Shown here: piece after piece, positions 13,671 to 24,693 of the stretch
Layout: every line of letters begins with the position of its first letter
Position numbering within the stretch: the first letter of the stretch is position 1
Assembly (NCBI RefSeq): GCF_963921235.1
Contig: NC_086109.1
Coordinates: forward strand, 31,002,001-31,066,000
DNA length: 64,000 bases
Direction: 5' to 3'
DNA from: Mobula hypostoma
Taxonomy: Eukaryota
Program-made: the position numbers and the translations under genes
Notes under the pieces: generated by a model
What the model was told of the DNA's origin: nothing
The model's input: the letters and a program-made list of their open reading frames with translations, nothing else
Databases searched by the model: none

Positions 13671-15068
13671 GGTGAAGAACAGTGACAACTTGCTGGTAAC
13701 AAACAAAACAGAAAAAAGACTATATTAATCACACTTCTTGGATATAATCACTGCAGTTAATAGCCTGTAACTTCCATTTTGGAGTTGAGCAGTTAAACTG
13801 ACTATACGACCTGGCATTATTGTGGTATGAACTGAAGTCTTGAAGGTGCAGGACAGTTGCACTGTGGCATAGGGTTGCCAACTTTCTCACTCCCAAATAA
13901 GGGACAAAAGTAGCAGTCAAATATGGGACACTTGTGTTTACCCTGAGAAAGACTACCATGACCATGAAGCCTTGCGTAGGCACCTGTGTGTGCATGACGT
14001 GCCGATTTTTTTTTCTACAAATTGGTTTTGGTTTAATCTTCCCAATTCTATTAAGTGAAACCACACTCTATGTACATTATTTCTACTTTATATAGGCTGT
14101 GTATTTATCATATCATTCCTGCTTTTAATATATGTTAGTATTATTTTAGGTTTCATGCGTTATTTGGTATGATTCGGTAGGTTATTTTTTGGGTCTGGGA
14201 ACGCTCAAAATTTTTTCCCGTATAAATTAATGGTAATTGCTTCTTTGCCTTACACCATTTCTGCTTACGAATGATTTCATAAGAATGCAGTACCTTAGCG
14301 GGGGAAATACAGGACAAGGGCAGTCCCGTATGGGACAAACCAATTTAGCCCAATATACGAGATAGCCTGGCAAATACGGGACAGCTGGCAACCCTAGTGT
14401 GGCATGCAGTGGCTAAAACAAGGCATTGGGCCTACACCCAAGAGCAGTGAATGAGCCAATGTTTGGCCACTGCTGGAGCGGACTTGGAAGCAATTAGGTG
14501 TGGCATAACCAAGGTGACGTGAGCAGAGGCGATGCAGAATCGAGGCGGTGGAGCCTGGGTCTGTGCCCGGATCCAGAGTCAAGGGTGAGGAAAGACCGAA
14601 AGTTTGATCAACTTAAATGCCGGGCCAAATTGGAAAAGTTGGGTACAGGCTGAATCGAGGTGTCAGGACCCAGGCCCGAGAGCAAGGAACAACCTGAGGT
14701 CTGGGCGATTTATGTGCCAGGCCAGGTTGAATAGTTCAGGGTGTTGGGGCTGGAGGCAAGGGACAGGCTGGTTCAGCTCACTGCTCTGCATGCTTTGCTT
14801 GTCTCTGCGCTGAACTGAGGCTGTGGCCTGCAGCTAATGGGCTCTTGAATTGACTGGCTTCGTGACTCTGAACTCACTTTTGTGAACGTCAGTTCTGAAT
14901 GTTATTTACTTTCTTCTATTGTATGGATTTTTTTCCTACATGTTGGGTGTTTAACAGTCTTTTTTTTAATGTGTTTTATTGGCTTTCATTGTTTTGTGAC
15001 TGCCTGTAAGGAGATGAATCTCAAGGTTGTATATAGTAATCTCACTTTAATAGTAAATGTACTTCGAA
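13671..15068 (+). mobile_element. Non-autonomous retroposon inserted in the Penelope terminus
   Basis: Tail gatgaatctcaaggttgtata...taaatgtacttcgaac shared with 23360-23421 and 51095-51170 (minus strand). Confidence 0.55.
13870..14396. mobile_element. Non-autonomous hAT (Tip100-like) DNA transposon
   Basis: TIRs TAGGGTTGCCA/TGGCAACCCTA; 8-bp TSD ctgtggca/gtgtggca (7 of 8 match); repeated subterminal GGGACA motifs. Confidence 0.9.
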
Positions 15069-15829
15069 CAACTTTCCTTTTGCCTGCGCAAATGCAGCTT
15101 GACCCACTGAGTTCCCCCAGCAGTTTGCTTTTGCTTAGATGAAAACTCATGAAAACCCTACCATTTACTCTATATGTCCCACCACAATTTGACTAAATTT
15201 CATTAACTCACCTTCTCTGGATTAAATTCCATTTGCCACTTTCCACCAAAGTTTTCAACTACTCTGTGTCATGTTGTATCCTTTGACAAATTCTGTTGCT
15301 ATCTGCAATTTTATTAATCTTCATATTGCCTGTAAGCTTACTAATGAGATCTATTAAATTCTCACGCAACTCATTTATAAGCACTCATCCCACTGGCACA
15401 CCATTTCTGACCATCTCCCAGTCAGAAAGAAAAACACCATCCAGCCTCTTCCTCTGACTCAAAGCAAATTTTAGATCCAGTTTGGCAACATGTCTTGATC
15501 CTTTGTCCCTTCATCTTTTGGACTAGCCTAAAATGTGAGACTTTTTTTAAAAGCCTTAATAATGTCTATTCAAAATCATGTCTGCCACACTGGATTCATC
15601 AATTTTCTTAGTAACTTTCTCAGATCTTTGAGATCTAATCTCCTGCACAAAACTATTTGGCTTCTCCTTATCAAGCTCTGGCCTCCCAAGAGAACATCCT
15701 GTTTCTCAGAATCTTCTCCAACATCTTAATGCCATTGATGTAAGGATCATCAACCTGTGGTTTCCAGACATCCCTACTGTTCTCTAGTCTTCTGGTACAT
15801 TGCCTAAAACATTTACACAGTAAATGCCA

Positions 15830-16370
15830 AGCTCCTAGGAAAGGTTACCCGAAAAGTGGTGACACAGTTCGATAGTGATTTGAAGAAGGCATATTGTATG
15901 CTTGTCTTTATTGACTGAGGCATTGAGTATAGTGCTTGGGACATCATGTCACAGTTGTACAGACTGTTGATAAAGTCATATTTGGAGTATTGTGTGCAGT
16001 TTTTTATTAAACTGGAGATGGTGCAGAAAAAAAATTCACAGGAATGAGGCCTGGACTGGAAGGTTTGAGTTACAAGGAAAGATTGGATATTTGTTTATAA
16101 AATCATGAGGACATGCATAGAGTTAGAGTCACAGTCTTTTTTTTTCTCAGGGTAGGGGAATCCAAGACTGGAAAGCATAGACTATCAAGGTGAGAGGGGA
16201 AATATTTAAAGAGCATCTGAGGGGGAAGTTTTTCACACAGAAGATGGTAGGATTAGGAGTAGGTTGCCAGAGGAGGTGGTAATGGCAGGCTGGGATTAAC
16301 ACAGGTAAGCATATTGGTTAGCAAAGTGAGCTGGGTGAATGACCTGTTTCCTTGCTGAATAATTCTATAA
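15830..16370 (+). mobile_element. Old CR1 3' fragment
   Basis: ttggagtattgtgtgcagtt (LEYCVQF) and ggaagtttttcacacagaag motifs. Confidence 0.65.
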
Positions 16371-18640
16371 ATCCACATTTCTTAAATTCCACACAATTGA
16401 TAAACCTGTATGTAAGGGTAATATGTTTGGCGTAAAAAAAATCCAACATAATTGGATGTTTGCTTGGAGGTATAAAGGAAAGATGTTACTCAGTATTAAT
16501 TGACTTCTTTTGAATTATTTCTCTTAATTTGGATTAATATTAGCACAGTTCATTTGCAGGCATTCTTGCATTTGGATCAAAAGATATTGGAGCTTGTGCC
16601 CACTTCCTGATTTGAGCATGTGAGGCCAGAAGAGTAATTGCTTGACTCATATGGTGGAGAATTTTTGAAATTCTTTATTACAGAGGGCTGCTGAGGCTTG
16701 TGTCTGAGTTCATTCAAAACAGGGAGTGAGAGATTTCTGGATATTAAGGGAGGATGGGGAAAGCACAAAGGTAGAAGATCTGTCATGATTATGATGAATG
16801 GGAAATTAGTTCAGCTTGGACTAGATGAGTGGAAGGACCTGCTTCTGTGCTGTAGTGCATGATGACTCTATGACTCACCAGCACTACAACACATAAATCA
16901 GGCTCAAAGAGTCAGATACACTGCTTCTGTTCCTAATTCTTATGTTTTTATTTTCTGTTCTTAAGTATACAACCATGGGGCGGGGGGAGAAAAAAAACAT
17001 GTGTACTGTGTTATTCAGTAGAGTTATGGGTGAACATGTGTGTCAGTATCATATTTCCACTTTCTACTCCTGCCCCTTGAACTCTGCTGTATCAATATTT
17101 TCCTTGAATGTGGACATCATAATGCAATCAGGACAGCTAGGCATCCAGGACCTTGGACAGCAATGTGATAAACGGTCTTGACTAATAGGTTCAATCCCTG
17201 TTTCTTTTCCTATCTTTCTGACAGTAAGTAATAAAGGACATAAAACTAATTGAAACAATGCCAAATATTTTATAGCTGTTACAGAGACTTTCTCAGTCCA
17301 GTGGACAACTTTGTCTAGAGTCCCAATACATCAGAATGGATGACTTTGTGGTTCTCTTCTGCAGCCATATTTTTCATGTCTGGAACCAATGAGGCAGTCA
17401 GCAGCAATAACTTCTGAGTCAATATTAAAATGACAGCAGCCCAATATTATGTGGTGTCAGTAAAGAACACCTGAATTTAACGGGTACCTCTGCAGTCTGT
17501 TGTGCTCATGTATACTGATTGCATGGTAATAATGTGATAAAAATGATATGCCTCAAAAATGCTTTTCAATAGCATGTTAAATAATTAACTTGCAGCCTTC
17601 AGTTTACTTCCAGTCAAATCATGTCCACTAATAACATCATTTGCTTTAAACTGCGCCTTCACCATCATTTCATTCAGAACACCAATATTAAATTGATTGG
17701 AGTAACTAAAATCATTGTAAAATGTGCGATAAGAGTTTTGGAATGTAAGACGGAGAAGCAGAAATAAGCCATTTTCCACTTGTGCTTACTTCACCATTCA
17801 GTAAGCTGAAAAATTGCTTTTTCTTTGTGTCACTTTCTTGTACTTACGACTCATTCATTGGTTCCTTTAACACCCCAAAATCCATCATCCTCTCCCTCTG
17901 TGCTCAACAACTAAGTCTTCTCCACTTTCTTGGGAAGAGGATTCCAATATTTCACTACCTTTTGAGTGAAGAAAATTCTCAATTATGTGAATGGGTCCTT
18001 ATTAGAACTGAGTGGCTCTCAATTCTAGACACTTCCACCAGGAGAGACTTCCGTTCCTGCATCTATCCTTTCAAGCCACGTGAGAATTTTGCATGCTTCC
18101 ACTTCTGGTAGCTATTGGTCTGGGTGTTTATTACTCACAGGAAAACCCACTCCCCAACATCCATTCCCTCCCCCCCCCCCGTAAAGCATGAAAAACTGGA
18201 ATGTCAGCAGTTCAAAAATATTCACCTCCTTTTGCTCAGTACTTAGTTAAACCACTTCTTGCAACTATTACAACCAGTAGACTTTTGGATAAGTCTCTGT
18301 TAACTTTGCACAATGTGATGGAGCAGGAATTGCCCTTTCCTTCCTGCAAAATTGCTCAGGTTGTACCAGGTTAATTAGGGGAGGTGGTGGACAGCAACCT
18401 TAAGGCCTTGCCAAAGATATACGATTGGGTTATGGTCAGGACTTTTGACTCAGCCACTCAGGGACATCAATTTTCTTCATCTGAAGTCACACCATGGTTG
18501 TTCTGGCAGTGTGTTTTGGGCCATTGTCCTGCTGAAAGTCAAAGTTTAAGCTTTCAGGAAGATGTGTATGTAATATATCACTAATATTAGTAATTGTAAA
18601 TAAGTTATTGATTAAGCATTATTTGTTTATATGTGAAATA

Positions 18641-21126
18641 CGATTAAGGAGCTTAAGGTAAAAGAACCCTTAGGAACCAGTGATCACAATATGATTGAGT
18701 TCAACTTCAAACTTGATAGGGAGAAAGTAAAGTCTGATGTAGCAGTATTTCAGTGGAGTAAGGGAAATTACAGTGGTATGAGAGAGGAGTTGGCCAAAGT
18801 AAATTGGAAGGAGCTGCTGACAGGGATGTCAGGCAGAGCAGCAATGACGTGTGTTTCTGGGGAAAAAAAGAGGAAGGTGCAAGACATATGTATTTCAAAA
18901 ATGAAGATATACTCAAATGGTAAAATAGTACAACCATGGCTGACAAGGGAAGTCAAAGTTATTGTAAAAGCAAAGAAAGAGCATACAACAAAGAATCAAT
19001 CAGAATCAGAATCAGAATCCTTTATTATTGCCAAGTATGTGGACACATACAGGGAATTTGATGCCGATTTCCCTGAGCTCTCGCTGTGCAGAATCAAAAA
19101 GCAAACAAAACAATAGTGCAAATAATCGTGAACTATATACAATGAGGTATACCTGTGTATGTACAGCAAAAATTACTGGGAAGATAGAGCATTGGGAAGT
19201 TTTTAAAAACCTACAGAGAATAACTAAAAATATCATTAAAAGGGAAAAAGTGAAATATGAAAGCAAGCTAGCAAATAATGTGAAAGTTGATAGTAAAAGT
19301 TTTTTTTTCAAGTATGTTAAAAATAAAAGAGCAATGAGAGAGGATATAGGACTGCTAGAAAATGAAGCAGGAGAAATAATATTGGGGGACAAAGAGATGG
19401 TTGATGAACTAAATGAGTATTTTGCATCAGTCTTCACTGTGGAAGACACTAGCAGTATGCCTGATCTTGTAGTGTGTGAAGGAAGAGAAGTGGCTGCAGT
19501 TACTATTACAAGAGAGAAGGTGCTCAAAAAGCTGAAAGATCAGAAAATACATAAATGACCAAGACCAGATGAACTGCACACTAGGGTAGTGTTAGAGACT
19601 GTAGTGACATTAGAAACGATCTTTCAGAAATCAATGGACTCTGGCAAGGTGCCAGAGGACTGGAAAATTGCAAATGTCACTCCACTCTTTAAGAAAGGAG
19701 GAAAGCAGCAGAAAGGAAATTATAGACCAGTTAGCCTGACCTCAGTGGTTGGGGAGATGTTGAAGTCAATTGTTAAGGATGAAGTGGTAGAGTACTTGGT
19801 GACACAGGACAAAATAGGTCAAAGTCAGCATTTTCCTTTAGAGAAAATTCTGCCTGATGAACCTGTAGGAATTCTTTGAGGAGATTACAAGTAGTATAGA
19901 TAAAAGAGATGCAATGGATGTTGTATATTTGGACCTTCAGAAGGCCTTTGACAAGGTGCCACTCATGAGGCTGCTTAGCAAGTTAAGTGCCCATGCTATT
20001 ACAGGAATGTTACTAACTTGGTTAGAACATCGGCTTATTGGTAGGAGGCAGGAAGTGGGAATAAAAGAACCCTTTTGTGGCGGGCTGCGTGGCTAGTGGT
20101 GTTCCGCAGGGGTTGGTGTTGGGACCACTTTTTTTTTTTGCAGTATATAAATCACTTAGATAATGGAATAAGTGGCTTTGTTGCCAAATTTGCAGATGGT
20201 ACAATGATTAGTGGAGGGGCAGGTAGTGTTGAAGAAACAAGTAGTATGCAGAAAAACTTGGAGAGAATAGGATAATGGGCAAGAAAGTGGTAAATAAAAT
20301 ACAATGTTGGAAAATGCATGGTCATGCACTTTGGAGGTAGAAATAAATGTGCGGACTATTTTCTAAATGGGGAGAAAATCCAAAAATCTGAGATGCAAAG
20401 GGACTTGGGAGTCCTTGTGCAGAACACCCTGAAAGTTAACTTGTCGGTTGAGTCGGTGGTGAGGAAGGCAAATTTCATGTTAGCATTCATTTCAAAAGGT
20501 CTAGAATACAAGAGCAAGGATGGGATGCTGAGGTTTTATAAGGCACTGGTGAGGCCTCACCTTGAGTATTGTGAACAGTTTTGGGCCCCTCATCTTTGAA
20601 AAGATGCGCTGGCATTGAAGAGGCTCCAGAAGAGGTTCACAAGGATGATTTCAGGAATGAAAGGGTTATCATACGAGGAACGTTTGATGGCTCTGGGTCT
20701 GTACTGGCTGGAATTCAGAAGGATGAGGGGAGAATCTCATTGAAACCTTTCAAATGTTGAAAGGCCTAGACAGAGTAGATGTGGAAAGGATGTTTCCCAT
20801 GGTGGGAGAGTTTAGGACAAGAGGGTACAGCCTCAGGATAGAGGGGTGCCCTTTCGAAACAGAGATGCAGACAAATTTCTTTAACCAAAAGGTGGTGAAT
20901 TTGTGGAATTTGTTAGTACAAGCAGCTGTGGAGGCCAGGGAATTGGGTGTATTTAACGCAGAGATTGATAGGTTCTTGATTGGACATGGCATCAAAGGTT
21001 ATGGGGAGAAGGCCAGGAAGTGGGGTTGAGGAGGAGAGGAAAAAAAAAGTCAGCCATGATTGAATGGCAGAGCAGACTCGATGGGCTACATGGCCTAATT
21101 CTTCTCCTATGTCTTATGGTCTTATG
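18641..21126 (+). mobile_element. 5'-truncated CR1 LINE inserted in the Gypsy 5' LTR
   Basis: SDHNMIEF, VPEDWKIANVTPLFKKG, LDLQKAFDKVP, AKFADG, LVRPHLEYC; tail tcttatggtcttatg. Confidence 0.93.
18992..19164 (-). mobile_element. Rex1-like 3' tail inserted in CR1 ORF2
   Basis: (tcagaa)n then tttatt, i.e. minus-strand aataaa plus (ttctga)n tail; interrupts CR1 ...AYNK|AKITGK. Confidence 0.75.
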
Positions 21127-22434
21127 TGAATTGTATATGTCATGATGCTTCAATGTGATATGCACATGCCTTGCTTAAAGAATGAAATTAAACTCCCATC
21201 TCTCAGCTCTCTTATTTTCCCTTGAATTATTTTAATGTTTTGTGGTTATAAAACATAACAGTGGTGATAAGGTATTTTTAAATGAACCCAAGATGGCTAC
21301 TGACCTGTTAAAGCATAGTGAGACATTCAAGTTTAAAAAAAAACACTGCAAGGAATGGTCGAGTAAAAAAATGCTGTGCAACACGTGGTCTTTGTAAGGA
21401 AAGACTTGACTGAGTTTTAAAAAAAAGCAGAATAATTCACAGGTTCATGAACAGTGACTTCCTCATGATAATCATAAATACAAAAAAGAACAGAAATGTC
21501 TATCTACATTGAACAGATAGATGCATTTGATTGCTCAGTGGGTAACTGGCTCATGTATACTGAGCTAATCGAATAGTATTTTGGAGAAAATGAAATAGCC
21601 AATTTTACTGAAAGCATTGGGTTTAAAGGCATACAGTTTACTTTAAAGTTTAACTGCTCCAACCAAACCAGCAGAAATGAGCTTTGCTGTAACTGTGAAA
21701 GTAATTCAGAAACATTTAGAACCAAGACCATTGTTTATTACAGTATGCTTTAGAATCAAAAGGAAGGTGAGTCCATTTCAGCCATTTCGGCATACATGGC
21801 TGAATTGAAGAGATTGTATGAGCGTTGTCAGTTCAATGATGGGCTTAATGATGCAATGACATATTGTTTCCTTTGTGGAATCTTACAAGAACACATTCAA
21901 AAACAGCCCCTAACTGAAGTATTGCATACATTTAAAAGAGTAGTTCAAGTTGCTGTATCAATGGAAACAGCAGACAGAGATGCAACTGAGTTGCAGTCAA
22001 GAATGAAAGTGAGTGTAAACAAAATTGAAAAGTCTACACAGAAATCGGCCTTGCCAAACAAATTGCGTTAACATTGTGACGGGCTCTCACGTACACCAGA
22101 CTAATGCAAATTTAATCGTGAAACGTAGAAAATGCACGAATGTAGGATACTTACAAATATTATGTCAGGCAGACAAAAATAAATAACTGCACAGAGAAGA
22201 GAAAAAGATAGAAAGTCAAGTTGCAGTTTCAAAAACTATTCTGCATGCTGTTGATGAAAAATCTGATAATGATAATGAGAGTGACACAGGAGTGGCTAGC
22301 CTCGTGATTTACAATATAAAAACGAACATTAGGCAATCAATATGGCTTATTCCAGAAGAGAATGACAAATAATTTACTATAGAATTGGACACTGGTTTGG
22401 CTGTTTCAGTCATTCTACAAAATGAGTTTGAATG

Positions 22435-23421
22435 GGGACATCTTCCAGATAGTCAATCAATTCAGTTTTTCTGCATCTTCTACTAATTCTTTCATCTTAA
22501 TTTTCTTTTTCAAAACTGTTGGAGCCTGTGACTTATAGTCTATAGTTTGCTCGAGTGAACTAGTGCTCCACTGTCCAGAGAAGGGTTACGGAGAGAAATG
22601 CGAACACAAGCTACCACAAGGAGAAGCTCAGAGACAAGATGAGAGCCCATGATTGGCTACATTTCTCCATTTCTCGCTGATTAAAGCATTGAGGAAGATT
22701 GAAACATCGAAACAAATGCGAAAGAAAGCGAGCAGTTCTCAGAGAGACCATCATGTTCGAGTCGGTGCCCTAGGAAGGGTCGCTGCTCCTGGGGGTGGAG
22801 GAGGGTGCTGGTTTTGAGTCGCTGCACTTGGAGTGGCCACTGGTTCAAGTCACTGCCCTCGGAGGAGCCGCTGGGTTTGAGTCGCTTCCCACGGAAGGGC
22901 CATTGGTTTCAGTCACTGCCTTTGGAGAGATCGCTGGTTTGAGTCATTGCCTGTGGATGGGCCACCAGTTTGAGTCACTTCCCTTGAAGGGCCCACTAGT
23001 TTGAGTTGCTGCCCCGGAGGGGTGATTGGTAATAGTCACTTCCCTCAGAGAGGCTGATGGTTTCAAGTCAATGCTGTTGGAGTTGTTATCAAAGTTCTGA
23101 GATTTATGGATTGGACTGAAGGTCAAACTAACTGTAGCTCATATTGGCCTCTTTCAGTCCTTTGGCTTTTCTTAGTGTTCTTTCATGTTGTCAGTTGGCG
23201 GGCTCAGGGTTTGGGGTTTGATGTCCCTGTTGTTGTTTCCCTCTGTTGGTGATTTGTTAGTTTTTGTGCAAGGGAGGTGTTGGAGGGCATGGAAATTTGG
23301 GGTTTGCAAGTTTTTGTTTCCTTTTCATTTTTGTGTGGGGGGATTGCTATCTGGAGAAGATAAATCTCAGAGTTAGGTTCTCCATACATACTTTGATAAT
23401 AAAATGAAACTTTGAAACTTT
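22435..23421 (+). mobile_element. Non-autonomous retroposon with an internal ~31-bp tandem array, inserted in the Gypsy protease region
   Basis: Tail catactttgataataaaatgaaactttgaaacttt; about ten ggttYgagtcRctgcc units at 22755-23075; Gypsy sequence resumes at 23422. Confidence 0.65.
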
Positions 23422-23472
23422 AATTTCAATGATACTAAACTGAATCCTGCAGCTATCTAACCAAAAACTTAT

Positions 23473-24693
23473 CTGTCTGTCTAGGTACCATATCCGACAC
23501 AGACTTCGGTGACCATGGTTTTCCGTATAGATCTATCCTTCGTTTTTTGGATGACTTCCATTTCCTCAATGTGTAGCCACCTGGCTATACTTTTGATGTA
23601 CATAAGCCAAGGTCTTCCTCTAGGTTTACTCCCCTCAATCTTTCCAGAGAGCATGAGTTTTTCTAGTTCATCTTTCGCATGATGTGTCTTAGGAATCTGA
23701 GTTGTCTTTCTCTCATTGTTGGTATGAGTGATAAACTGCTTGGGCTCTTCTGAGAACTTCTTCATTTGACGTGTGCGTGGTCCATGATATTTTTAACATT
23801 CTTCTGTAGAACCATAATTTAGCTGCTTCTAGTCTCTTTTCCATTGCTGGGGAAATGGTTCAGCATTCACTTCCATATGTCAGGATAGAATAAATGTAGC
23901 ACTGCAGTATTCTGTTTTTAGTGTACATGCTCATCTTTCTGTTTGTTTATATGGTCTTCATTTTTTGTAAAGCTTCTTTTGCCATTGCTATTCTGTATTT
24001 GATATCTGTATCGTACCTGCCATCACTTGTTATTAGGCTGCCAAGATATTTGAATTTGTTGACTTGTTTGATGTTTGTATTTCTGATCTTGATCACACAT
24101 TGTGGGATGTTTGTCTTTCTGGAGATGATCATGCTTTCTGTCTTCTTGGTGTTGATTGAGAGGCCTCTGCGATTACTTTCTGCTGCCACTATAGTGAGTA
24201 GTTCTTGAAGTTTTGTTTCTGAGTCAGCTATTAGTACGATGTCTTCAGCATATCTGATGTTATTTATATTATGGCCTCCAATTGTGAATCCTTTGATGTC
24301 TTTGATACTTCTCAAGATATTTTCACCATACTGGTTGAATAAGTCTGACGAAAAGACACCACCTTGCCTGACTCCTCTCATGATATTCACATACTCACTC
24401 ACTTCTCCTTCTATTCTGCTGGATGCTGTCTGGTCCCAGTATACGTTTCTTAAGAAATGTATATCTTTCCCATCTATGTCAAGATCTTGAAGCATTTCCA
24501 GAAGATCTTGCTGTCCGACAGTGTCAAAAGTCTTTCTATAGTCAATGAAACATAGATGTGTTTTTGTACCTAGATGGCTCGTTCACAGATCATCCGTAGT
24601 GTGAAAATTGCATTTCTGGTTCCAGTGTATTCCACAAAGCTGCATTATTCTTTACTGATTTCTGGTTTTATACAGTGTCTTGATTACTCTGAG
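23473..24693 (-). mobile_element. 5'-truncated RTE-clade LINE
   Basis: Minus ORFs GVRQGGVFSSDLFN..NNIRYAED..FKYLGS and GKIEGSKPRGRP; (agac)n tail; TSD caaaaacttat/caagaacttat at 23462-23472 and 24694-24704. Confidence 0.9.

Noticed and set aside
19012..19527. Long antisense ORFs over LINEs (also 45455-46574 and 60215-60712)
   Set aside because: Shadow frames of retrotransposon ORF2 with no independent evidence.
22755..23075. CRISPR-like array
   Set aside because: Units are contiguous degenerate repeats without unique spacers, in vertebrate DNA with no cas genes.
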